From a virus: DNA of 64,000 bases. A model generated the notes under the pieces. The model did no database searches. It saw only the letters and a list, made by a program, of their open reading frames with translations, and had not been told where the DNA came from. Numbering within the stretch: position 1 is the first letter of the stretch; every line of letters starts with the position of its first letter. Positions 56,801-64,000 of this stretch are shown here, piece after piece. Both the position numbers and the translations under genes were made by a program. The stretch lies in IMG/VR virus record IMGVR_UViG_3300012036_000004, positions 1-64,000 of that record. One strand, given 5' to 3'.

Positions 56801-57131
56801 GCGAAACCATCTAAGCTACGCAGACTGCGGAGCGTACTACCTGCCGGGGGCGACTTTCGTCGTGCTGTACCCCAAGAAGATTGCCGAGATTCTCAAGTAC
56901 AACGCCAACTACCGCCACTCCACGAACGCCAACCAGATCTTCAATCACCTCAAAAGAAACCCCGAGGTGAAATACGATCCGCCGTTCTTCAACGGGAGCA
57001 AAAAGACGATGCAGCACCTGCGTCAGTTTATGCCGAGTGTCCGCGCTGAGGATCTTCTCGCGGTGTCATTCCAGGCATTGGACTTCGACAAAGCGCCGCT
57101 CCTGCCCCCTGACCCGGACACCGTACTATGA
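53844..57131 (+). CDS. DNA primase (CHC2 Zn finger + TOPRIM) fused to a P-loop helicase-like domain
   Basis: C..PGH.D.NPS...CFSC; VVEGEFD; GDNDAGG; APSQSGKST. Confidence 0.85.
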   Translation: MSKSYKVLSRQEKSKMLADVGIEDVLALCQEARPSHQCERHGNRIRSRCMFPGHSDANPSMDIVFTEGRVFAKCFSCGQYESDGFRIVEHITGIHAVSRLYAEIFGQRFGLKVDAELDDALVQEDLFSHFKNSVLRAGEHLLVNASSTKSKEYTYAQSAITYLAQRGFPATTFLTLGIGIFPTLEHFAQHADQDAQITIGEYFGPRVFEQKPKAVGRYGGWLMFPYYTSPTTIGRLKLRDPKNKDNEVWLGIHKEETRGFFGLNQFTTLVGKDLKEAKTAYVVEGEFDQLAMLQAQLNLNPNQQHIVLGGSGSAPTSLDILADSRISRVTLVGDNDAGGDQFVRRILEVSEQERIHDFGVYDWSTLQTYGDPDDVVQGGDYPDLIHGLTTRSDVKELHMWAMDTALKEIATLSSPSSVEKIDVLDKGCAFIKNDVERGLYVSEVSATTGLDGGVLSKHMISIDTERGFLVALERKLGEHASPVAMKNSETALMFCRNSNEIFEVNLKKPRDIELALQMQVFGCTTYDFVEENIGIPDRVRYTQGKVPTERPINHQAKDLSGHVDLAVQNFVAGSKPLSKYRVRRQGVHWSDVTEDPVRAEGLPSSAPARCVYVVNGHLRLMGTPGSNGLMYYEELSEPVHGLNLLWGDDEPWSAMLTSADSANKKPKHTRKEVYELLLDVVDGWAFERHDLVRHFWAAYIMMLTHCDIFENLPYVLLNAPSQSGKSTMLKGVLRGEDPGEIGLIEHSRGYDDYTAAAVMQHAEGSPILMGLEEFEAADDASRNDSKARAVRAILASVRNASGRKGMQRSRGGRYGTPSDTHLRFPISGAAIQPLQEEADRNRWFTFELTQQPGKLPPEAYIRQKLGWDGVSDLRESILLNSLQHAHRDYLSEQDILQNVWDKDVLTTRSTRGAKSVAPILTIMKDVEVDYLSWGQTFLDWRSDLLRASNTSAERTMFLAVFETNAITIPNEFQRRSLINILANPDLRNHLSYADCGAYYLPGATFVVLYPKKIAEILKYNANYRHSTNANQIFNHLKRNPEVKYDPPFFNGSKKTMQHLRQFMPSVRAEDLLAVSFQALDFDKAPLLPPDPDTVL

Positions 57132-57484
57132 CCACCCTCAAAGAGAGCATGGACACCGAGAAGCTGAACAATCAGCTCCTCAACCTGACCAACGACCTCA
57201 ACGGAGTCCTTGGTCTTCGAGCCCTATCTTCCACCGCCGCCGAGATATGGGTCACTGGTGGCAGCACCAAAAACGAGGTGCTCGCCCGCGCCGAAGAGCA
57301 TGAAGAGCTGGCTGACGTAGACTTCACCTTCCGAGAAGAAGTCGACGAAGCCTACTCGCCCGGCGGCGCCACTGACCGACCTCGAACCTGGGAACCTAAA
57401 AATGACGACCGAGACAACGACACCGACCCCTTCGAAGAACTACTCGAGCGCGATCCAAGCAGCCCCCGCACGGTGGACGAGTAA
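57128..57484 (+). CDS. Hypothetical protein
   Basis: ATGA coupling with primase; overlaps the polymerase start. Confidence 0.55.
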   Translation: MTTLKESMDTEKLNNQLLNLTNDLNGVLGLRALSSTAAEIWVTGGSTKNEVLARAEEHEELADVDFTFREEVDEAYSPGGATDRPRTWEPKNDDRDNDTDPFEELLERDPSSPRTVDE

Positions 57485-60400
57485 CCAAAAGGGGACCTTC
57501 TGTAGTACCTGCCCCAACAAAGACGCTTCGTGCCTGCTGATGGGCCGCTGGTTGAGTCAGGCGAGCATGACCATCATCCTGGCATCGCCGGGGCAAGAAT
57601 CCATCGACCGTGTGCAGCCGCTGGGGAGCCGAGACGAAGCAATCATCGCGCAGCTCATGCAGAACCTGACCGAGAAGCACGGTACAGCCATCGCCTACAA
57701 CATCGTGTATTTGACAGGAGCAGAATCCCGAAAAGCCCCCGGCAAAGAGGTGATCGCTGCTTGCTCGCAGTACATGAACCAGAAGCTGCTCGACGCGCGT
57801 CGACAATTCGAACACGGCCCGCATGCAGGTCGAAACCACGTCCTGGTTCCGCTGGGAAAAGCCTGCACGCAGGCACTTCTTCCTGACGTACGAACCCTCA
57901 AAGAGGTTCGCGGAAAAACTGTCGCCACCGAATTCGGTGGGTACGAGTGGTTGGTCTGTCCGACGTTCAGCAGAGCGCAGCTCTACGTCAAGCCGGGCTA
58001 CGCTCGAGTGATGAGTCACGACATCTCCAAAGCCTACACGCTGTCCCTCAAAGAGGGGCGCGAGGATAAGGTCGACGTCCACTCACTGACGACCGACTAC
58101 ATCATTCCGCAGAACATCGAAGAGGTGCGCGACGTTTGCACTGACCTGCTCGAGCGTATCGAATCTGGCGACATCACTGCGATGAGCGTCGACATCGAGA
58201 CGAACACCAAGAACCCGTATCGCACTGACGGTCACACCTCGGTCGTCTCGCTGGCCTGGGACAAGGGGCAGGCTACCGCCATCCTCCTTGACCACCCTCG
58301 CTCCTACTACGACGCCGAAGAAGCGTGGGAAGCTGTGATTCCCATCCTGGAAAGCGACGTCAAGAAAATCTTCCACAACGGAAAGTTCGATCTCCAGTTC
58401 CTGCGAAACCGCAAAGGACTCAAGGTCCCCAACCTGTGGTGGGATACCATTCTTGCCGAGCACTTCCTCGACGAGGACAAGAGCGGTGTCTACGGCCTCA
58501 AAGAGGTCATCGGGCTCTACGCTCCCCGTTACATGGGCTACGAGAAAGAACTTCGAGCGAACTTCGTCAAGAAGGCGCTGGCCGAAGCTAAGGGTCTCGG
58601 AGAAGACGAAGACCGCGAACCCGACCACGAAGAATCATGGGAGATCATGCCCTTCTTCGCTGACCTCGAATACAAGCCAGTTGCCGAAGACGACAGCATC
58701 GACTGGGAAAGTCTTGGAGAGGACGTCCGTATTGAACTCTTCGAGAACGAAGTGATTTACCTCAACGCGCACCGCGACGGCGAGAAGAAGTCGAAGACTC
58801 GCGCACGAGGTCGCATCCGACGGCGCTGCAAGAAGTACGACCTCGACCCGCCTGACACCGTCAACGACCGCTCCTTCGACGTCGGCGACAATGGCTACGA
58901 CGACATCCCGGTCGACATGCTCCTGTGGTACGCCGCAGTCGACGCTGACGTAACGAGACAGGTATGCGCCGGGCAACGCATGATTGCCGCCCGACGCCAG
59001 CGAGACCTGGGCATGACCACGCCGAATGTCACGCTCCAACGAGACCTGGAGAACGTGATGGCCGACCTGTACGTGCCTGGAACGGATTCACTGTCCACCA
59101 TGTCGTATCGAGGCACCAAGCTCGACTACGATCTGCTCGACCAATACGAAGAAGAGATCGGCCAACTTCGAGACGACACACTTCGCATCATCCGAGAGAT
59201 GGTGTGCCAGCCCGAGTTCAATCCGAACTCCAGCGCCGAGATGGCAGACCTGGTGGTCAACGTCTTGAGCATCGACCCCGATGCGTTCACCTACACTGCC
59301 ACGGGAGCCATCAGCGTCACGGACGCCTGGTTGGCTACACAGCAGGAAGAGTGCGCCGACGAGTTCACGCAGGAAGTCATCTACTACATACGCCTTTACA
59401 AGAAGGCAGCGAAGACGATCTCGTCATTCCTCGCGAAGTTCCGTCGGTTGACTCAGTACGACGGACGTATCCACACCTCGTTCAATCTGAACGGAACCGC
59501 GACTGGTCGGCTGTCTTCTTCGTCGCCCAACCTGCAGAACGTTCCACTGTGGATGTGTCGATTCCCGCCGCACCCCAAGTTCACGAAGGTCTCGAGCCCG
59601 GGGTGGAACATCAAGGCATTGTTCATCCCGAGCGAGCCCGGAAAAGTGTACTTCCAGCTCGATATCTCGGCAGCCGAGATTCGCGTGCTCTGCGCCTACG
59701 CAGGCGACGAGCGTCTGATTTCGGCGCTCAAAGCTGGTCAGGATATTCACTCCTTCGTGGCCTCGCACGTGTTCGACCATACCTACGAAGAGTTCGTGGC
59801 TGGAAAGGACACCGACCCCGACCTCAAGCTGAAGCGAACCGCTACCAAACGCGTGGTGTTCGGCCTGATTTACGGCGCCGGTCCCTACAAGATTGCCGAG
59901 CAGATCTACGGCGGTCTGGCTACCGACGAAGCCGAGCGTGAAACGCAGATTGCCTTCGCGCAGTCTGTCATGGACATGGTCTTCGAGCGCTTCCCGAAGA
60001 TTCAGGAGTACATCTCCAAGACCATCGCGGAGGTCCAACTGTTCGACCAGGTCCGAACGTACTTCGGGCGACGTCGTCGCTTCGACCTTCGAAACGCCTC
60101 CTGGAAGGAAGCTCGGAAGAGCGAGCGCCAGGCGGTCAACTTCAAAATCCAATCGTCGGCTTCTGACATCGTCCTCTCGCAGCTCTGTGCGGTCGAGCAA
60201 GCCATCAAAGAGATTAGCGGAGAAGTGCTCCTCACGGTGCATGACTCCATCGCCGGGGAAATCGATGTCGACAAGGTGCCACTGATGCGTGCCTTCTTCG
60301 ACCACTATGTCGTGGACGAAGTGAAGCGAAAGTTCCCCTGGCTGCCCGTTCCGTTCGCCTACGACCTCGAAGTTGGACCTTCGTATGGTGAGCTCGTCGA

Positions 60401-60509
60401 CTTCGGCCTGCTCGAATCCGATCCGGACGACATCCCGGACTACGTCCTCAAGAAAGCCCGTCCTCGCATGGAGCGGGCAGGGCTCACCTTCTTCTCGGAG
60501 ACCGCCTGA
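57402..60509 (+). CDS. Family A DNA polymerase with N-terminal UDG-like domain and 3'-5' exonuclease
   Basis: CSTCP N-terminus; DIET, HNGKFD, YAAVD; TATGRLSS..PNLQN; DISAAEIR; K.VVFGLIYG; VHDS. Confidence 0.95.
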   Translation: MTTETTTPTPSKNYSSAIQAAPARWTSNQKGTFCSTCPNKDASCLLMGRWLSQASMTIILASPGQESIDRVQPLGSRDEAIIAQLMQNLTEKHGTAIAYNIVYLTGAESRKAPGKEVIAACSQYMNQKLLDARRQFEHGPHAGRNHVLVPLGKACTQALLPDVRTLKEVRGKTVATEFGGYEWLVCPTFSRAQLYVKPGYARVMSHDISKAYTLSLKEGREDKVDVHSLTTDYIIPQNIEEVRDVCTDLLERIESGDITAMSVDIETNTKNPYRTDGHTSVVSLAWDKGQATAILLDHPRSYYDAEEAWEAVIPILESDVKKIFHNGKFDLQFLRNRKGLKVPNLWWDTILAEHFLDEDKSGVYGLKEVIGLYAPRYMGYEKELRANFVKKALAEAKGLGEDEDREPDHEESWEIMPFFADLEYKPVAEDDSIDWESLGEDVRIELFENEVIYLNAHRDGEKKSKTRARGRIRRRCKKYDLDPPDTVNDRSFDVGDNGYDDIPVDMLLWYAAVDADVTRQVCAGQRMIAARRQRDLGMTTPNVTLQRDLENVMADLYVPGTDSLSTMSYRGTKLDYDLLDQYEEEIGQLRDDTLRIIREMVCQPEFNPNSSAEMADLVVNVLSIDPDAFTYTATGAISVTDAWLATQQEECADEFTQEVIYYIRLYKKAAKTISSFLAKFRRLTQYDGRIHTSFNLNGTATGRLSSSSPNLQNVPLWMCRFPPHPKFTKVSSPGWNIKALFIPSEPGKVYFQLDISAAEIRVLCAYAGDERLISALKAGQDIHSFVASHVFDHTYEEFVAGKDTDPDLKLKRTATKRVVFGLIYGAGPYKIAEQIYGGLATDEAERETQIAFAQSVMDMVFERFPKIQEYISKTIAEVQLFDQVRTYFGRRRRFDLRNASWKEARKSERQAVNFKIQSSASDIVLSQLCAVEQAIKEISGEVLLTVHDSIAGEIDVDKVPLMRAFFDHYVVDEVKRKFPWLPVPFAYDLEVGPSYGELVDFGLLESDPDDIPDYVLKKARPRMERAGLTFFSETA

Positions 60510-60805
60510 TGCCTATTTACGCCCTCGCCATGGAGACACCCGGTCGCTACATAGTCGGCCAGAGCAGTGCCGCCCCTGACGCTATCCTGTCGACGAACAC
60601 CGTCGCTCTTCAGGACGCCGCTCACCTCACGGTGCTCAAAGAACAGAGCATCCTGACGCCGATCGACGTGCTCGATAACTTCCACGCGAAGGTGTCGAGC
60701 TACATTGGCTTCGGGGTGCTCAACGAAGACTTCAGTTCCATCTACGAGTCGTGGCTCGAGATGCACAAAAATCCGCCGGATTTTGAGGTACAAGAGGGTG
60801 AATGA
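60509..60805 (+). CDS. Hypothetical protein
   Basis: TGATG coupling to the polymerase gene. Confidence 0.65.
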   Translation: MPIYALAMETPGRYIVGQSSAAPDAILSTNTVALQDAAHLTVLKEQSILTPIDVLDNFHAKVSSYIGFGVLNEDFSSIYESWLEMHKNPPDFEVQEGE

Positions 60806-60828
60806 ACTAGTACAGACACTTAGCTGTG

Positions 60829-61262
60829 GGCGATGTTTCGTCGCCATATCATAGCAGTACTTTAGTACTGGCCGCCGGCTTGAAGCCGAGCACCAGGCCG
60901 CCTCGAGCTCACTACTTCGGCGGAAATGGTAGTTCATTCATACGCACGCGCTAGACACTGAGGTGATCAAGGACGATCCCTCGAGGCGATGTTTCGTCGC
61001 CACATTTTGTTTCACTATCTCTTCACCTGGTTTAGCAACCAGGTGTAGAATTAGTAGCGCACTTGAGTTGGCACCGATCTCGGTGGGCGATGTTTCGTCG
61101 CCATATGAAGTAGGACCGGGAGCAAACGCGAGCGAGGTCTTCCTGGCCACGCGGTTTTCGTCGCATACGCTCCTCAACCCAGCTAGGCCTGGAAGACCAG
61201 GCTCAGCACAGCAACTCACCTCTGATTGGCTCCCGTTTGTGGAGGGCGATGTTTCGTCGCCA
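60829..61262. repeat. Four copies of GGCGATGTTTCGTCGCCA in a structured intergenic region
   Basis: Identical 18-mers at 60829, 60985, 61086 and 61245. Confidence 0.9.
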
Positions 61263-61329
61263 TATCTCCCAGACACTTTCGTGTCTGAGCTTTTCTCGAG
61301 CTCCTCCGGGAGCTGCGTGATCATGGCAA

Positions 61330-62925
61330 TCAGAGAGACATTGGGTAGAACGCTACCTGACCGGTGGCAATCTGCATCGCAAGGCGCCCGAATACCTGGG
61401 CGTGAAGAGCATCGTCAGGGGTGGCCGGGAAGCAGTTCCAAACCCGGCGCCCCTGACCCTGTTTCGTAACTTCCTCATACTCAGCGAGGATATCCTGAAT
61501 CGCGAGCTTCATCTGCTTCTGCTTCGCAAAGACGACGCGGCCTCGCTTGTAGTCCATCATCATCGAATCGATGGCTGCCGTCCGGTCCGCCATATACCGA
61601 TCTGTGTTGTTCCATCGGAGCATCTTCGAGATCGAGCCGTACTGAATCTGAACGACCTTGTTTGCCCCAAGCGCGTCGACCAGCATTGCGTTGGAGACTG
61701 CGCCAACTCCGGCGTCACCAGCGACCAGAGAGACCTTGTAGTCTCGACAGATCTCGATGATTTCCTTCACATCATTAACCGGGTTCGAGGTCGGGAAGAT
61801 GTGGTAGTACAGCGTCTTCATCTGGCCGTTCGGCAGCAAACCCCAGACGTGAATCGCTGTTCGAGACGTGAACGTCGAGGAGCCGCCTCCCGACCAGTCG
61901 ACCCCTGCGACAATCTTCGAGACATGCTTGAAGATTTTGGGGTCTGGCTTGCGCTCAATCGTGTAGTTCCGGCAGAGCGCTTCGAGCTCTTCGAGCGACA
62001 CCATGCGCGTGCCGATCGCGTCGCTCATCCCCAGTACCTCGTTCCTGAACTGCGAGTCTGGGTAGGTGTTGTACTTGTGAAGGATACGGTCCCACCGGGC
62101 CTGCACCTCATTGTTCTGTGGCATGATGAGCTGCGGGATGTGGAACCCGCGGACGTAGGCGCCCGGATTCATGCTGTACCACTGCCCGTCTCGAGGCCGC
62201 AGCTTCTTGCCGCAGTTGACGCAGATAACGCCCGACTTACCGATCGAGCGGACCGTGGTCACGTAGTTCCATTTGTTGCACCCCGTGCACTTCATCATCC
62301 ACACGTCTTGCGTGGATTGCTGCCAAAGGAACTCCATGGTGTTTTCCATCGACTTCGGTGTCCCGAAGTACCAGGTCCACCCGTGCTCCGACTCTGCCAT
62401 GCACTCGTTGACGACCGGCACCACCGACTTGTAAATGATGTCCTGGACCTCGTCCCATACGACCTGGTCCGCCGAGACGCCACGTGCGCGGTCCGGGTCG
62501 TCCTGGGCGTACGAAAGCACGACCTCCGACCCGTTCGAGAAGTGTTTCATCAGCACGTTCATCGGCATCGATGTGCTGGTGTAATTCTTGGAGATCAACG
62601 GAGAATAGGTGATCGCCTTCTGGAGACGGGAGTGCGAAAACCGAGTCGTCTGCTGCTGTGTAGGCGACACAAACAGCGTTCGAAAGTAGTCCTGCGAAAC
62701 CGAGTTCGTCAGGATCATGTTGCAGCCAGTAGTCGACTTAGCGACCTGGCGGCCGCATTTCATCACCAGCTCTTGGTGGTACCCATCGTAGATGTCTCGG
62801 TAAAACGGGTAGTTCTCAAACGAGAACTTCTTCCCGTCCAGTACCACCATAGCTTCCGTGAGTTGAGACCGGGTAAACTGCCCGACACTCTCTTCCTCGC
62901 GTCTAATCGACTGGAACACACTCAT
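61330..62925 (-). CDS. Terminase large subunit (lambda GpA-like)
   Basis: Walker A GRQVAKST; Walker B WDEVQD; GTPK; CxxC...CxxC; nuclease GVDW...DD.LHA; start uncertain. Confidence 0.9.
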   Translation of the reverse strand: MSVFQSIRREEESVGQFTRSQLTEAMVVLDGKKFSFENYPFYRDIYDGYHQELVMKCGRQVAKSTTGCNMILTNSVSQDYFRTLFVSPTQQQTTRFSHSRLQKAITYSPLISKNYTSTSMPMNVLMKHFSNGSEVVLSYAQDDPDRARGVSADQVVWDEVQDIIYKSVVPVVNECMAESEHGWTWYFGTPKSMENTMEFLWQQSTQDVWMMKCTGCNKWNYVTTVRSIGKSGVICVNCGKKLRPRDGQWYSMNPGAYVRGFHIPQLIMPQNNEVQARWDRILHKYNTYPDSQFRNEVLGMSDAIGTRMVSLEELEALCRNYTIERKPDPKIFKHVSKIVAGVDWSGGGSSTFTSRTAIHVWGLLPNGQMKTLYYHIFPTSNPVNDVKEIIEICRDYKVSLVAGDAGVGAVSNAMLVDALGANKVVQIQYGSISKMLRWNNTDRYMADRTAAIDSMMMDYKRGRVVFAKQKQMKLAIQDILAEYEEVTKQGQGRRVWNCFPATPDDALHAQVFGRLAMQIATGQVAFYPMSL

Positions 62926-63121
62926 GAAACTACTCAAGTTTGCAATTCTAGCGTGGGCAGCGATCGCGCTTCTCGGCGCGTGCATTGCCCACCCGGGTCT
63001 CGTGTTCCTGCTTATCATCGCAGGCACGCTTTACGGCCTGTTCACTCTCACGTTTGGGTCTCTCGATTACTGGCGTCGTTACCACGACCACGTATACGGA
63101 GACTCGAGCGATCACCAATAA
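62924..63121 (+). CDS. Small two-TM membrane protein
   Basis: Two hydrophobic segments followed by a polar tail. Confidence 0.55.
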   Translation: MKLLKFAILAWAAIALLGACIAHPGLVFLLIIAGTLYGLFTLTFGSLDYWRRYHDHVYGDSSDHQ

Positions 63122-63148
63122 CCACACATTCGTGCAGTAGGGAAAACC

Positions 63149-64000
63149 ATGACACAAGCATCACCATCCAGCAACAAGACGCTCGACTACGCAGAGGAGA
63201 TCGGCCTGGTTCCGGTGAGCCTCAAGACGGCCGCCTGGGTCATCCAGCTCTGTGCATACGACAGGCACGTGCCGCTTCTCATCGGCGAAACATCGACCGG
63301 CAAGACGGCCATTCTACGTCAGCTCGCTGAGTACAACGAGCTCGACTTCCTCTTCTACGGTCTGGCGCACAAGGAGGCGTCTGATCTCACCGGTCCGATG
63401 ATGCCTTCTTCGGACGGCGTCACCTTCCAGCACCTGCCGCCGGCGAACATCCCCATCAAGGGACACGCCGGCGAGGACCGGTTCGTCATGATGGACCTGG
63501 CAGAGGTGAACCGTGCCGACAGCACCGTGCACAATGCTGCCTTCCAGGTATGGACCGACCGACAGCTCGGCACGCACGAGCTCGGAGAGAATGTCATCGT
63601 CGTCTCCGATATGAACCCCCCGGACGGTGACTACGCCGTCACGTCGAGCTTCAGCAGTGACCCGGCCATGCGTCGGCGTACCTGCCAGATCGTCGTCAAC
63701 TTCTCGGTCAACGATCTGTTGGCATGGGCGAAGGACCCTGCGTCTGCGACGCAATTCAACATGCCGAAGCTCAGCGAAGACGGCGTTCTCGAGCCGGTAG
63801 GTTTACACCGTAAACGCCCGTGGCATCCGAGCGTTGTTGAGTTCCTGCAAGCCAACGTCGACATCGCGCTGGACAGACAGGCGCGCGACGCGGGCAAGAT
63901 ATTCGCCTGCCCGTCGACTTGGCACGCCTGCTCCGATACGCTCTACACGTTGGAGCGTCTCGAGATCGACACATCCAGCGCCAGTATGCAGCTTGCTCTT
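63149..64000 (+). CDS. MoxR/NorQ-like AAA+ ATPase (3'-partial, not in ORF track)
   Basis: AGGGA RBS; LIGETSTGKT; E..DL.GP; EVNRA; NP...DY; DPAMRRR; runs off the window. Confidence 0.8.
   Translation, partial: MTQASPSSNKTLDYAEEIGLVPVSLKTAAWVIQLCAYDRHVPLLIGETSTGKTAILRQLAEYNELDFLFYGLAHKEASDLTGPMMPSSDGVTFQHLPPANIPIKGHAGEDRFVMMDLAEVNRADSTVHNAAFQVWTDRQLGTHELGENVIVVSDMNPPDGDYAVTSSFSSDPAMRRRTCQIVVNFSVNDLLAWAKDPASATQFNMPKLSEDGVLEPVGLHRKRPWHPSVVEFLQANVDIALDRQARDAGKIFACPSTWHACSDTLYTLERLEIDTSSASMQLAL

Noticed and set aside
60829-60846. Canonical parS
   Set aside because: Shares only TGTTTC with TGTTTCACGTGAAACA and the palindrome differs; kept only as a possible non-canonical site
60829-61262. CRISPR mini-array
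   Set aside because: Repeats are only 18-24 nt, spacers are long (83-141 nt), irregular and structured, and no cas1, cas2 or effector gene is seen
60938-61469. Track ORFs 60938-61324 and 60963-61469
   Set aside because: They cross the repeats and hairpins, lack a convincing RBS, and have Ser-rich non-coding-like composition; not fully excluded
61402-63330. 642-aa plus-strand ORF and similar long antisense ORFs (e.g. 33377-34717, 30565-31536, 7065-7967)
   Set aside because: Shadow frames of real genes in high-GC DNA, with no motifs
1-64000. TAG-to-Gln recoding (genetic code 15)
   Set aside because: Only one internal TAG was found. Long conserved genes are intact under code 11, and TAG ends genes cleanly (e.g. 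52972 before a terminator, 48210).
1-64000. tRNA/rRNA genes, integrase, reverse transcriptase, chimallin or tubulin
   Set aside because: No recognisable motifs by eye; divergent versions cannot be excluded without HMM searches

Overview
About 64 kb of a high-GC, large myovirus-like (probably jumbo) phage genome; no host genes are evident. The minus strand from 0.1 to 41.7 kb is a late/virion block. It holds baseplate spike, tail tube, contractile sheath, neck, major capsid and prohead protease genes, plus about 15 Gly/Ala-rich putative head-internal proteins rich in K-x-A motifs. It also holds a two-gene multisubunit RNA polymerase: a beta-beta'N fusion, and a beta'C fused to a non-RNAP tail. 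Portal (44.3-46.0 kb) and a GpA-type terminase (61.3-62.9 kb) flank a plus-strand replication block: SNF2 helicase, two Cas4/RecB-like nucleases, ParB, a putative SSB, primase-helicase and a UDG-like/PolA fusion. Main leads: (1) a candidate K-x-A capsid-loading and maturation system that appears to include the RNAP; (2) three GGTATAAGATAWTGAYA promoters, two with covarying structured leaders and the third with a related hairpin; (3) a G GGA AAG -1 frameshift in a non-tail gene; (4) a basic 36-aa module shared by the helicase and the DNA polymerase; (5) a ~520 bp hairpin-dense region with four identical 18-mers next to the terminase. All calls come from reading motifs by eye; no database searches were run.
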